Assembly: GCA_963845515.1 (NCBI GenBank)
Contig: CAWJSR010000023.1
Span: 160,001-224,000 of the forward strand
Direction of reading: 5' to 3'
From: an uncultured delta proteobacterium
GTDB lineage: Bacteria; Myxococcota; Myxococcia; Myxococcales; Anaeromyxobacteraceae
DNA: 64,000 nucleotides
Shown: piece by piece, positions 47,561 through 57,916 of the stretch
Layout of the letters: every line of letters begins with the position of its first letter
How positions within the stretch are numbered: the first letter of the stretch is position 1
Program-made: the position numbers and the translations under genes
The notes under the pieces: model-generated
What the model was told of the DNA's origin: nothing
The model's database searches: none
What the model saw: only the letters and a program-made list of their open reading frames with translations

Positions 47561-48832
47561 ATGACCGGTCGAACTGCGGAAGTGCTCGCGCTCCACCCGA
47601 AGGAAGACGCCTCCGAGCTGGATGCCACGTGCGCTCGCCACCCCGACGTCCCACGCCTGGTGATCGTCAAGACCGACGTCCAGCGGCGCGGCGTCCACTA
47701 CACCGAGGGCGCCCTCGCGCTCCTCGACGAGAACCGCCACTCGGTCACCGGGACGCACATCTTCGGAGCGCGCGACGGGAAGCTGGCGCCCCGGCCGGAG
47801 TCGCTGCTCCTGCGCGACGGCAGCTCCATCATCACCACCCCGACGCCGGAAGAGCAGAGACCCTACGTGGTGGATCACGTGGACGGCCGCCTCGCGCTAG
47901 TGGACCGCGGCGAGGTCATCGAGGAGGTCGAGTACTGGCCGCGGCCGGACTACTACGCGAAGACGACGCGCTCCGGGCTGCCCATGAAGTACGTGGTGAG
48001 CGCGCGGCCCCAGCGGCTCAACGTCTTCCCCTACCGTCACTGTCACTTCTGGAACGAAGACGAGGGCTGCCTCTTCTGCGACATCGTCAAGCAGACGCGG
48101 AAGGGCAAGGACGATCTCGGCATCCCGCCGCGCCTCGACCCCGAGGACGTGCGCGAGACGATCGCCGAGGCCCTGCGCGAGCCCGGGCGGTTCGCCGGCC
48201 TCTGCCTGACGGCGGGCTCGAACACCCGCGGCGCCCGTCCGTTCGACGCGGAGGTCGACTACTACATCGAGATCCTCCAGGCCATCGGCTCGGCGTTCAG
48301 GACGCCGCGCTTCCCGAGCCAGCTGATCGGCACGGCCTTCGAGACGGATCAGCTCGAGCGGCTCCACGCCCAGACCGGCCTCATGAGCTACACGGCGGAC
48401 GTCGAGGTGCTGGACGAGAAGCTCTTCTCCTGGATCTGCCCGGGCAAGGCGCGGTGGGTGGGCTACCGCGAGTGGAAGGATCGGCTGGCGCGCGCGGTCG
48501 ACATCTTCGGCCGCGGCAGGGTCAACACGGGCATCGTCGCGGGGGTGGAGCTGGCGCGTCCAAACGGCTTCAGATCAGAGGCCGAAGCCCTGAAGAGGAC
48601 GCTGGACGAGGCGGAGGAGCTCGCCGCGCGCGGGGTCAGCACCGTCTTCATCGTCTGGTCGCCGCGCCCCGGAACGCCGCTCGCCGGGCAGCGCAACGCG
48701 TCGCTGGGCTACTACGTCGCGCTCGCGAAGGGGCTGCACGATCTCCGCGTCCGACATGGCCTCCCGATCGACTTCGACGACTACCGCCACTGCGGCAATC
48801 ACCCCGACACCGACCTCTCGAGGCTCCTGTGA
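47561..48832 (+). CDS. Radical SAM protein 5 (CX8CX2C, divergent)
   Basis: HCHFWNEDEGCLFC, WICPGK, VAGVE, PRPG; start 47561 (alternative 47552). Confidence 0.87.
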   Translation: MTGRTAEVLALHPKEDASELDATCARHPDVPRLVIVKTDVQRRGVHYTEGALALLDENRHSVTGTHIFGARDGKLAPRPESLLLRDGSSIITTPTPEEQRPYVVDHVDGRLALVDRGEVIEEVEYWPRPDYYAKTTRSGLPMKYVVSARPQRLNVFPYRHCHFWNEDEGCLFCDIVKQTRKGKDDLGIPPRLDPEDVRETIAEALREPGRFAGLCLTAGSNTRGARPFDAEVDYYIEILQAIGSAFRTPRFPSQLIGTAFETDQLERLHAQTGLMSYTADVEVLDEKLFSWICPGKARWVGYREWKDRLARAVDIFGRGRVNTGIVAGVELARPNGFRSEAEALKRTLDEAEELAARGVSTVFIVWSPRPGTPLAGQRNASLGYYVALAKGLHDLRVRHGLPIDFDDYRHCGNHPDTDLSRLL

Positions 48833-49296
48833 CCACCGCCGTCGCTCTCGATCCACGCGTCAAGGCGCTGCTCGACGATCCGACCACGGTGAAGGTGCTG
48901 GCCACGAGCGATCGCGCCGGGCGCCCGCGCGCCACCGTCGACGACTCGATCCACCTGGGTCCGGGCGGCCACCTAGTCTACCTGGAGCGGCTGGAGGGCT
49001 CGGGGACCCAGCGGGACCTCGTGGCGGGGATCTGGTTCGACCGGCCGGTGGCCGTCACGCTCCGCAGGGGGCAGGAGGAGGTCGAGATCGTCGGGCGTCC
49101 GGTGAAGTCGCTCGTCGCCGGTCCCGAGTTCCGGCGCCACTACGAGGCGCTGCGCGCCCGCCTGCCGGAGGGAGACCTGGCCGCCGTCTGGCTCATCCAG
49201 CCGAGCGAGGTCTCCGACCTTTCGTACGACGTCCGCCGCGCCCGCCAGGAGGCGGAGCGCCCCTTCCTCACCCACCTCGACCGACTGGCGCGGTAG
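48829..49296 (+). CDS. Pyridoxamine 5'-phosphate oxidase-like protein
   Basis: KVLATSDRAGRP, YLERLEGS.TQ..LV..IWF; GTG overlaps the radical SAM stop. Confidence 0.72.
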   Translation: MTTAVALDPRVKALLDDPTTVKVLATSDRAGRPRATVDDSIHLGPGGHLVYLERLEGSGTQRDLVAGIWFDRPVAVTLRRGQEEVEIVGRPVKSLVAGPEFRRHYEALRARLPEGDLAAVWLIQPSEVSDLSYDVRRARQEAERPFLTHLDRLAR

Positions 49297-49316
49297 CGCC
49301 CCTCAGGAGGAGCACC

Positions 49317-50321
49317 ATGTCCCGCATCCGGCAGTCCGTCCTCGCGATCCTCGCCCTCACGGCGTTGGCCGTCCCCGTTGCGCCGCTGGCAGAGGTGAAG
49401 GAGGTCCGGATCGCCAGGCAGCACGGTCTGGGGTACCTGCCGCTCCTCGTCCTGGAGGACCAGAAGCTCATCGAGCGTCGCGCGGCGGAGGCGGGGCTCG
49501 GCGACGTGAAGGTCACCTGGGCCGTCCTCGGCGGCGGCGCCCCGTCCAACGACGCGCTCCTCTCCGGCAGCGTCGACTACATCTCGACCGGCGTCACGCC
49601 GCTCGTCCTGCTCTGGGCGAAGTCGGGCGGCAAGGTCAAGGGCGTCTCCGCGCTCATCTCGACGCCCGTCGTCGTGAACACCACCAACCCCGCGGTGAAG
49701 ACGATCGCCGACTTTGGCGAGAAGGACCGGATCGCGGTCCCGTCGGTGAAGATCTCGATCCAGGCGGTGGTGCTGCAGATCGCCGCCGAGAAGGCGTTCG
49801 GCGCCGGCAACCACGGCCGGCTCGATCCGCTCACGGTGGCGTTGAAGCACCCCGACGCCGTAGCGGCCCTGCTCTCCGGCCGCTCCGAGATCACCGGCCA
49901 CGCCGCGAGCCCGCCCTTCGTGGCGCAGGAGCTGGCCGACAAGCGCGTCCGGAAGGTGCTCTCGTCCTACGAGGTGCTCGGCGGGCCCCACACCTTCAAC
50001 GTGCTCTCCTCCTCGCAGACCTTCGCGGACGCGAACCCCAGGACGTTCGCGGTGGTCTACGGCGCGCTGTCCGAGGCCATCGCCTGGATCCAGAAGAACC
50101 CGAAGGCCGCCGCGGAGACCTACCTCCGAGTCACCGGCTCGAAGGAGCCCGTCGGCTCGGTGGTCGCGCAGATCGAGGATCCGACCATCCGCTACACGAC
50201 GACGCCGGAGCGGGTGGGGGTGTTCGCGGAGTTCCTCGCGCGTGTCGGGACCGTCTCGGCGCGCCCGAAGGACTGGCGCGACCTGTTCTTCCCCACCGTG
50301 CACGCGCAGCCGGGGAGCTGA
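49317..50321 (+). CDS. NitT/TauT-family ABC substrate-binding protein
   Basis: Signal peptide, RIARQHGLGYLP, NDALLSG, IAVPSVKISIQA, HPDA. Confidence 0.85.
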   Translation: MSRIRQSVLAILALTALAVPVAPLAEVKEVRIARQHGLGYLPLLVLEDQKLIERRAAEAGLGDVKVTWAVLGGGAPSNDALLSGSVDYISTGVTPLVLLWAKSGGKVKGVSALISTPVVVNTTNPAVKTIADFGEKDRIAVPSVKISIQAVVLQIAAEKAFGAGNHGRLDPLTVALKHPDAVAALLSGRSEITGHAASPPFVAQELADKRVRKVLSSYEVLGGPHTFNVLSSSQTFADANPRTFAVVYGALSEAIAWIQKNPKAAAETYLRVTGSKEPVGSVVAQIEDPTIRYTTTPERVGVFAEFLARVGTVSARPKDWRDLFFPTVHAQPGS

Positions 50322-50322
50322 C

Positions 50323-51109
50323 GTGTCGGAGCATGCCTCGGGCCCCGGCGCGCCGCTGCTGGACGTGGCGGGGGTGACGCTTCGTTACCGGAGCGCCGGG
50401 CGCATGGTGGACGCCACCGACGCGGTCTCCTTCCAGGTGAACGAGGGGGAGCGGGTGGCGCTGCTGGGGCCCTCGGGCTGCGGGAAGTCGACGCTGCTCA
50501 AGGCCATCGCCGGCTTCCACCGGCCGGCCGCGGGCCGGATCTCGCTGCGCGGCAAGGACGTGGTCGCGGCCGGTCCCGACCGCGTGGTTGTCTTTCAGGA
50601 GTTCGAGCAGCTCCTCCCCTGGCTGACCGTCACCGAGAACGTCGTCTTCGCCCTCAGAATCCGCGCGCGGCCTCGCGCGACCGGAGGCGCTCCGCATCAC
50701 GAAGGAGCACGTCGCCCGGGTGAACCTCACGGGCTTCGCCGACGCCTACCCGCACGAGCTCTCCGGCGGGATGAAGCAGCGCGTGGCCATCGCCCGCTGC
50801 CTCGCGCTGAAGCCGGAGGTGGTGCTCATGGACGAGCCGTTTGCCGCCCTCGACGCCCTCACGCGCCAGCGGATGCAGGACGAGCTGCTCGAGCTCTGGA
50901 AGGCCGCCCGCTTCACGCTGGTCTTCGTGACCCACGACATCGCCGAGGCGCTTCGGGTCGGCACCAGGGTGGTGCTCATGTCCGCGCACCCGGGGCGCGT
51001 GCGGGCGGACCTGCGGGTGGGCGAAGGCCCGCTCGCGGGCTCCACGGAGTCGACCCAGGCGCACGTCCGGGAGCTCCTCTTCGAGGGCGTGGGGGACTGG
51101 AGCATATGA
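50323..51109 (+). CDS. NitT/TauT ABC ATP-binding protein with apparent frameshift at ~50655-50715
   Basis: [19 protein letters not shown]; then LSGGMKQR, DEPFAALD in another frame. Confidence 0.85.
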
Positions 51110-51963
51110 GCGTCGAGCAGGCCGTCGCAGTCGTTGCGCCGCCGCCCGTGGCCGAAGGGGCAACTGGGTCGCCGCGGATCCTCCTTGCGTGGCTCGTGGA
51201 CCAGGGCTGGCTCCGGAAGCTCGTGCTGCTCGCCGCCCTGGCGGGGCTCTGGGAGGCGTACGCCCGCCACCTGGCCAACCCGCTGCTCGTGCCGACCTTC
51301 TCGTCCACGGGCTCCGCGCTCGTCGAGGAGCTGCTCCACGGCGAGCTCCTCGCCAGGATCGTCTCTTCCTTGAGGCTCCTGCTCGTCGGATATGCGGTCG
51401 GGGTCGCGCTGGCGACGGCGCTCACCCTCCTCGCCGTCGGGACCCGCCTCGGAGCGGACCTGCTGGAGCTGCTCACCGCCATGCTCAACCCGCTGCCCGC
51501 GGTGGCGCTGCTCCCGATCGCGCTGCTCTGGTTCGGGATCGGGCAGGGGAGCATCGTCTTCGTGCTCGTCCATGCCGTGGTCTGGCCCGCGGCGCTCAAT
51601 GCGCACGCCGGCTTCGCGGGCGTGAGCCCCACCCTCCGGATGGTGGGGCGGAACTACGGGCTGCGCGGCCCTCGCTTCGCCTTCCGGATCCTGGTGCCCG
51701 CCGCCGCGCCTCACCTCCTGACGGGGCTGAAGGCGGGGTGGGCGTTCGCGTGGCGCACCCTGATCGCGGCGGAGCTGGTCTTCGGCGTCAGCTCGGGCCA
51801 GGGCGGGATCGGTTGGTACATCTACGAGCGTAAGAACCTGCTCGAGATGCCCCAGGTCTTCGCCGGCCTCGTGGTCGTGGTCCTGATCGGGCTCGCCGTC
51901 GAGAACGGCATCTTCAAGCGCATCGAGGCGAGGACGGTGCGGCGGTGGGGAATGCGGAGCTGA
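51106..51963 (+). CDS. NitT/TauT ABC permease
   Basis: NPLPAVALLP.ALLWFG, WAFAWRTLIAAELVFG. Confidence 0.88.
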   Translation: MSVEQAVAVVAPPPVAEGATGSPRILLAWLVDQGWLRKLVLLAALAGLWEAYARHLANPLLVPTFSSTGSALVEELLHGELLARIVSSLRLLLVGYAVGVALATALTLLAVGTRLGADLLELLTAMLNPLPAVALLPIALLWFGIGQGSIVFVLVHAVVWPAALNAHAGFAGVSPTLRMVGRNYGLRGPRFAFRILVPAAAPHLLTGLKAGWAFAWRTLIAAELVFGVSSGQGGIGWYIYERKNLLEMPQVFAGLVVVVLIGLAVENGIFKRIEARTVRRWGMRS

Positions 51964-51966
51964 GCC

Positions 51967-53722
51967 TCAGCTCAAGACAGACGCCAGCGCGAGGAAGAGG
52001 AGGACGAGCGCCTCCCCGGTGATGAAGCCGGCCGCCAGCGGCGTCGCGTAGACCTGCTCGCGGCGAGGGTCCGCGCGGCGCCAGAGGGTGCTGACGATCC
52101 CGCCGAGGACCATGGGAACGACGGCGTTGGCGGGGATGAGCATCCCGATGCCGATCGCCGTCGGCGAGGGGACCCAGCGCCGGAAGCGCGTGCTCTCCCC
52201 GAGCGTCAGGGCGAGCCCCACGACGAGCGCCAGGATCAGCGCGGCGAAGGCGCTCGAAGGCAGCGCGCCGAAGCCGCGGGAGAGCAGCTCGGCGAAGCCG
52301 GCCCACTTCACGCTGATCGGCGAGGTGAGGCCACCTGCGCCGCCGATCCCGAAGCGTGCGCGAGCGGCTGGGTAGGTGATGGCCACGGCGAGCGCGCCCA
52401 CCGGCACGCCGACCAACTGAAGGAGGGTCAGGTTCCGGTTGGAGGAGCCGACCACCTTACCCGCGCGGAAGTCCTGCATCAGGTGCTCGCCGTTGCCGGC
52501 GATCGTCCCGCTCATGCCCGAGCCGATCATGTTGATCGGGACGTGGCCGGGCGCGAGGAGGGCGAAGACGGCCTGCATCACGTTGGCCATGGCGCTGATG
52601 GGGGCCCAGTTGGTCTCGCCGAGCACCCGGATGCCGACGAGCATCAGCACGACCGACAGCGCGATCGACAACAACGTCAGCCGGATCGGGAAGCCGAGCG
52701 AGCGCCACTGGACGAGCGCCAGGGCGATCGCGGCCAGCGAGCCCGCCCCAGACCACCCACCGCATCGGGAAGTCGTCGCCGTCGCCGGTCTCCCGCGCGG
52801 CGAGCCCCGTGAAGGTCCTCGCCACCTCGCGCCACCGGAGCGCGAGCGCGGTGAGCCCTCCCGCGACCATCAGGCCGGTCGCCGGCCACATGGTCCAGCG
52901 CTGGAGCAGGGTGTTGAACGTGAGCTCCGAGACGACGCCGCTCGCGAGGAGCGGCCCCGGCGCGACGATCCAGGCGAGGGCCATCCCGAGCCCCATCGAC
53001 AGGGTGACCCGCAGGCCGACGAGCATCCCCGCGCCGACGGACAAGGCGCCGACCTCCGCGCCGAGCCGCAGGGCGGCCGCGTGCGGCGTGATCGCGGTGA
53101 AGGGGATGGACCCGGGGAGCCACCGGAGGCCGTCGCGGGCGAGCGTGACCAGCGCGGAGAGGAGGCCGCCGATCCCGAGCGCAGCGACCCGAGGGCCCGC
53201 CTGCCGCGGCCCCTCGTCGAGCACGAGGAGCGTCAGCCCCGCGGCCGTTCCGTCGGCGAAGGGCAGGTTCTCGTCGTCGATGAAGTGCTTGCGGAGCGGG
53301 ACCGCGAGGAGCACCCCGAGGATCCCGGCGGGGGTCAGCCACGCGAAGATCTGGAGGCGGGAGAGGTGGACGGAGAGCAGCCCCCGATCGTTCAGCATGT
53401 CGATGGCGGCCAGGACGACCGCCATGAAGCCGACCCCTGCGCCGGCCGCGGTGCCCGCAGTCTGGACGAGGTTGGTCTCCCAGCGGGTGCCGCGCACCCC
53501 GGTGACGAACCCGACGAGCGAGATGAGGATGAAGCCGAGGAACGCGCTCACCACCGAGAGGTTGGGGCCGTAGCCGATCTTGAGGACCACGAGCGGTTCG
53601 GCTGCACCCATGAGCGCCGCCACGAGGACGGCGACCGCCACCGCGCGAACGGTCAGCTCGCGGTGCCGCCTGGTGGGATCGAGAGTTGGTGGCGGCAGGG
53701 CGGCGTCCGTGGTAACAGACAT
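51967..53722 (-). CDS. OPT-family (YSL-like) transporter with apparent frameshift at ~52740
   Basis: ELTVRA, ETNLVQT, LAVPLRK, LPFADG; C part GETNWAP, QDFRAG, AAGFITGE. Confidence 0.85.
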
Positions 53723-53739
53723 GCATCCGGTATAGCGGG
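53706..53739. promoter_or_regulatory. Two degenerate sulfur boxes in the OPT/tas divergent region
   Basis: TCCGTGGTAACAGA 53706-53719; TCCGGTATAGCGGG 53726-53739. Confidence 0.6.
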
Positions 53740-53787
53740 TTAACGCAGTCCTGTCCCGCTCGCCACCCTACTGGAGACGAGGCTCCG

Positions 53788-54840
53788 ATGAAATACCGCA
53801 AGCTCGGTCGCACCGGCGTCGAAGTCAGCGTCATCGCCCTGGGCACCATGACCTTCGGCGAGCAGAACACCGAGGCCGACGGTCACGCCCAGCTCGATCT
53901 GGCGGTCGACGCCGGGGTCAACTTCATCGACACCGCCGAGATGTACCCGGTCCCGCCGCGGCCTGAGACGCAGGGCCGGACCGAGGCGATCGTCGGCAGC
54001 TGGCTCGCGCGGTCGCCTGCGCGCCGCCAGCGGATCGTCCTCGCCACCAAGGCGGCCGGGCCGGCGCGCGACGGCGTTCGTCCCTCGCACGTCCGGGGTG
54101 GCAGGACGAGCTTCACCCGCGAGAACCTCTTCGAGGCCCTGGACCAGAGCCTCCGGCGCCTGAAGACGGACTACGTCGACCTGTACCAGCTCCACTGGCC
54201 CGACCGGACGACCAACACCTTCGGGAGGCTCGGCTTCGAGCCGGCGAAGGACGAGGAGACCGTCTCGATCGAGGAGACGCTGGAGGCGCTCGGGCTCCTG
54301 GTGAAGAGCGGCAAGGTGCGCGCCATCGGAGTCTCCAACGAGACGCCATGGGGGCTCGGCCGCTTCCTGCAGCTCGCGGAGGCTCGCGGCCTGCCGCGGG
54401 TGGCGAGCATCCAGAATCCCTACAGCCTCCTCAACCGCTCCTTCGAGATCGGACTCGCCGAGATCGCGTGGCGCGAGGAGGCCGGGCTGCTGGCCTACTC
54501 ACCGCTCGCCTTCGGCACCCTGAGCGGCAAGTACGTCGACGGCGCGCGGCCGGAGGGGGCCCGCGTCACGCTGTTCGAGCGCTTCCAGCGTTACAGCAAC
54601 GCCGAGGCCGAGCGAGCGACCAGGGAGTACGTGGAGCTCTTCCGTCGCCACGGTCTCGACCCTTCCCGGGCGGCGCTCGCGTTCGTCAACGATCGCTTCT
54701 TCGTCACCAGCACCATCGTCGGCGCTACGGCGCTAGAGCAGCTCGAGAGCAACATCTCCAGCGTCGACCTGACGCTCTCGGACGAGGTGCTGCGAGCCAT
54801 CGAGGAGATCCACCGTCGCCAGCCAAACCCGGCGCCCTGA
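53788..54840 (+). CDS. tas: NADP(H)-dependent aldo-keto reductase Tas
   Basis: LGTMTFGEQN, DTAEMYPVPP, LYQLHWPDR, SNETPWG, SIQNPYSLLNR. Confidence 0.92.
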   Translation: MKYRKLGRTGVEVSVIALGTMTFGEQNTEADGHAQLDLAVDAGVNFIDTAEMYPVPPRPETQGRTEAIVGSWLARSPARRQRIVLATKAAGPARDGVRPSHVRGGRTSFTRENLFEALDQSLRRLKTDYVDLYQLHWPDRTTNTFGRLGFEPAKDEETVSIEETLEALGLLVKSGKVRAIGVSNETPWGLGRFLQLAEARGLPRVASIQNPYSLLNRSFEIGLAEIAWREEAGLLAYSPLAFGTLSGKYVDGARPEGARVTLFERFQRYSNAEAERATREYVELFRRHGLDPSRAALAFVNDRFFVTSTIVGATALEQLESNISSVDLTLSDEVLRAIEEIHRRQPNPAP

Positions 54841-54982
54841 CCTGGCTCAGCCCCGAAGGACTGATCCCGTCTCCGGCCTCCCGTTTGGAGCGCCCCTCGC
54901 GGAACCACGAAGCCTGGCGCCCACGGGGCGTCGGCGGCGCCACGGCGCTATGCTTTCACTGCACCCGTGACGGAGGTGGCTC

Positions 54983-55141
54983 ATGGCGGACGAGAAGAAG
55001 GGTGGATTCCACGCGTTCGAGCAGCGTGTCCACCAGCTGGAAGAAGAGGACGCGAAGGCGGCGCAGAAGTCTGCTCCGGGCACAGGCCAAGGCGGGAAGC
55101 GAGACGTGAAGGAGGAGCGCAAGGAGCCGAAGGAGAAGTGA
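54983..55141 (+). CDS. Small charged hypothetical protein (52 aa)
   Basis: GGAGGT RBS, MADEKKGGFHAFEQRVHQLEEEDAK...; absent from the ORF track. Confidence 0.5.
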   Translation: MADEKKGGFHAFEQRVHQLEEEDAKAAQKSAPGTGQGGKRDVKEERKEPKEK

Positions 55142-55175
55142 AGCTGGCTCAGCGGCCGGTCGGTGGGCCGGCCGC

Positions 55176-55862
55176 CTACCCCACCGTCTCGGGGTAGGTC
55201 ATCACGAGGTAGATGACTGCCTCCTCGTCCGAGGCGTTCCCATAGAGATGCGGGACGTCGGCCTGGAAGACGACGGCATCGCCCGTGGTGAGCACCTCGC
55301 GGCGCTCACCGACCCCCAGCTCGAGCGCTCCCGCAGCAACGGCCAGGTTCTCGATGGTGCCCGGGGGGTGGGGATCGGCGTGCTCCACCCCGTGCGGCGC
55401 GAGGCGCAGCTCGTAGAACTCGACCCGCCGCGGCTTGTCGAACGGGAAGAGCGCGCGAGACGTGAACGTCCCGTCGTGCGAGGAGAGGACCTTCGCCTCG
55501 CTCCGGCGCAGGACCGACGTGCCGCGGCTGGTGTCCTCCGCGATCAGCGAGGAGAATGGGACCTCGAGCGCGCGCGCGATCCGCCAGACCACGTTTATGG
55601 TCGGCGTGCTGCGCCCCAGCTCCACCTGGGAGAGCATCGCGCGCGAGACGCCGCTCGCCTGCGCGAGCCGCTCCAGCGAGAGGCCGCGGCGGACGCGGAT
55701 GCGGCGCAGGTTGGTCCCAACCAACGGAGTGAGGTCGCCGATCGCCTCAGCCAGCCTGGCGTGCTCCTCGGGGCTCGGCGTGGCACCGCGGCCGATCGGA
55801 GCCCTGGAGCGACGCGAGCGGGGCGGTGTCCTGGTGGCGGAGGCGGCCGCGTCGAGGCTCAC
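55176..55862 (-). CDS. XRE-cupin (SutR/YdcN-like) transcriptional regulator; start uncertain
   Basis: VGTNLRRIR.RRGLSLERLA..SGVSRAMLSQVELGRSTPT; cupin EFYEL..PHPPGT.E. Confidence 0.9.
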   Translation of the reverse strand: MSLDAAASATRTPPRSRRSRAPIGRGATPSPEEHARLAEAIGDLTPLVGTNLRRIRVRRGLSLERLAQASGVSRAMLSQVELGRSTPTINVVWRIARALEVPFSSLIAEDTSRGTSVLRRSEAKVLSSHDGTFTSRALFPFDKPRRVEFYELRLAPHGVEHADPHPPGTIENLAVAAGALELGVGERREVLTTGDAVVFQADVPHLYGNASDEEAVIYLVMTYPETVG

Positions 55863-55975
55863 CGTGCACCCCCGTCGGCGGCTTCGCGCCGCGCTCGGTG
55901 ACGCAGCTCCTCGATGTCGGTCGCTTCGGCGGTCTGGCTCATCGCTCTCTCCGGCTCCGTTAGACTGGCGAACTA

Positions 55976-56000
55976 TCTGTTATCGCGGAACGCATGTCAA
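55976..56000 (-). promoter_or_regulatory. Regulator promoter with sulfur box between -35 and -10
   Basis: Minus-strand TTGACA 56000-55995; TCTGTTATCGCGGA 55976-55989. Confidence 0.75.
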
Positions 56001-56110
56001 CAGGACGGAGAGAGGTCTGCTAGAGCGGACGTGGCGGTGGACGGCGGATGGCCTCGCCCGTCGGCGCAGGGGCACCGCGCGGGTTCGCGGAGCCGCGGCT
56101 CCGGGCTGCC

Positions 56111-57745
56111 TTACCGCGGCGGGATTGGCAGCGAGCCGGTCGCGCCGAGGCGCGCCGCCGTGGACCTCGTCGCGAGGAGCGGCCGGTGGTCGCCGGGGTT
56201 TCGCCGCCCCGCCCCGCTCGCGCGCCCATCCCGGTCGGTCAGCCGGAAGAACGAGATCGCGTGCTGCAGGGACTCCGCCTGCGCGGACATCTCCTCAGCG
56301 GTGGAGGACAGCTCCTCTGCGGCGGCTGCGTTCCGCTGCGTCACCCGGTCGACCTCGTCCATCGCCAGCGACACCTGCCGGGTTCCCGCGGCCTGCTCCT
56401 GGGAGGCCGCCACCGCCTGCTGAACGAGCTCGGCGGTCTCGCGGATCGCAGGCACCAGGTCTGCGACGAGCGCCCCGGAGCGCTCGGCCACGGTCACGCT
56501 CCTCTGCGCGACCCCGGCGATCTGCCGGGACGCTCCCTGGGCGCGCTCCGCGAGCTTGCGCACCTCGGAGGCCACCACCGCGAACCCGCGCCCTTCCTCG
56601 CCGGCGCGGGCGGCCTCGATGGCCGCGTTGAGCGCGAGCAGGTTGGTCTGGTAGGCGATCTCCTCGATGATCGAGATCCTCTCGGCGATCTCCTTCATCG
56701 CCGCGACCGTGTCGAGCACCGCCGTGCCGCCTTCCGCCGCGGTCCTCGCGCTCGCGACGGCCAGCTGCTCCATCTGGCGGGCGTTCTCGGCGCTCCGGGT
56801 GACGGACGTGCTGATCTCCTCGAGCGACGAGGTCGTCTCCTCCACGCTCGCGGCCTGCTCGCCCGTCCCCTGCGACAAGGCCTGCGCCGTCGCCGACACC
56901 TGCTGCGACGCCTCGGTGAGCGCGTCGGCTCCGCCGCGGACCTCGCCGATCACCTGCGCGAGCCGCTCCACCATTCGCGTCATCGCGTGCAGCACCGTCG
57001 CGGTGCCGCCAGACGCCCGACCGATGACGACGTCGAGGTCGCCGTCGGCGACCCGGTTCGCGATGTCGGCCACGACGGCGGGCTCCGCGCCGAGCGGGGC
57101 GAGGATGCTCCTGGAGACGAGCCACGCGATGAGCCCGAAGACGGCGGCGATGCCCAGGAGGAAGAGGGCATTTCGCGTGGTCTGCTCGGAGAACGCGGCG
57201 TCCACGTCGTCGACGTAGATGCCGCTCCCGACGATCCAGCCCCACGGCGCGAAGGCCTTCACGAACGAGATCTTCCGGACCGGTGCGCTGACGCCGGGCT
57301 TCGGCCAGAGGTACTCGACGAAGCCCTCGCCCTGTCGCCTCGAGATGGCCGCGAACTCGACGAAGAGCCGCTTGCCGTTGGGGTCCTTGTAGTCGGAGAG
57401 GTCCGTCCCGTTCAGCTCGGGCTTGAACGGATGGACGATCATGAAGGGCCGGAAGTCGTTGATCCAGAAGTAGTCCTGGTCGCCGTAGCGGAGCGCCGCG
57501 ACCTCGGCGATGGCGGCGGCCTTCGCTGCGTCCTCGGTCAAGGCGCCCTTCTGCGCGAGCAGCTGGTAGCGCTCCAGCACGCCGTGGGCGAGCTCGACCA
57601 CGTGGCGCGTCTTCGTCCTCTTCTCCGCGTCGAGCGTGCTGCGGAGCGTGAACACCGAGGCGACCATCACGGCGGTCAGGCACGTGAGTCCAACCGCGAC
57701 GAGGAGCGCGAGCTTCTTCGACGTCGTGATCCCTGCGAGGTGCAT
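56111..57745 (-). CDS. Methyl-accepting chemotaxis protein with Cache sensor domain
   Basis: [58 protein letters not shown]. Confidence 0.95.
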   Translation of the reverse strand: MHLAGITTSKKLALLVAVGLTCLTAVMVASVFTLRSTLDAEKRTKTRHVVELAHGVLERYQLLAQKGALTEDAAKAAAIAEVAALRYGDQDYFWINDFRPFMIVHPFKPELNGTDLSDYKDPNGKRLFVEFAAISRRQGEGFVEYLWPKPGVSAPVRKISFVKAFAPWGWIVGSGIYVDDVDAAFSEQTTRNALFLLGIAAVFGLIAWLVSRSILAPLGAEPAVVADIANRVADGDLDVVIGRASGGTATVLHAMTRMVERLAQVIGEVRGGADALTEASQQVSATAQALSQGTGEQAASVEETTSSLEEISTSVTRSAENARQMEQLAVASARTAAEGGTAVLDTVAAMKEIAERISIIEEIAYQTNLLALNAAIEAARAGEEGRGFAVVASEVRKLAERAQGASRQIAGVAQRSVTVAERSGALVADLVPAIRETAELVQQAVAASQEQAAGTRQVSLAMDEVDRVTQRNAAAAEELSSTAEEMSAQAESLQHAISFFRLTDRDGRASGAGRRNPGDHRPLLATRSTAARLGATGSLPIPPR

Positions 57746-57916
57746 TGGACGTCCTCCGAGAAGCGACAGGATGCTCCCGCCGGCCCCCCCCCCGGGGGTG
57801 CAGACTCGAGCCTGCGCTCTCGCTCGACCGTACCCGATGGGGCCGCCAGGTCAACTGCGGGTGTAACCGGCGGTGCTGCGGTGCCACGCCACGGTGAGTG
57901 CGTGTGCTCCCGGCGC

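Noticed and set aside
57746..57916. Cyclic-dinucleotide (GEMM) riboswitch upstream of the MCP
   Set aside because: Conserved GEMM elements not found; only a C/G-run hairpin
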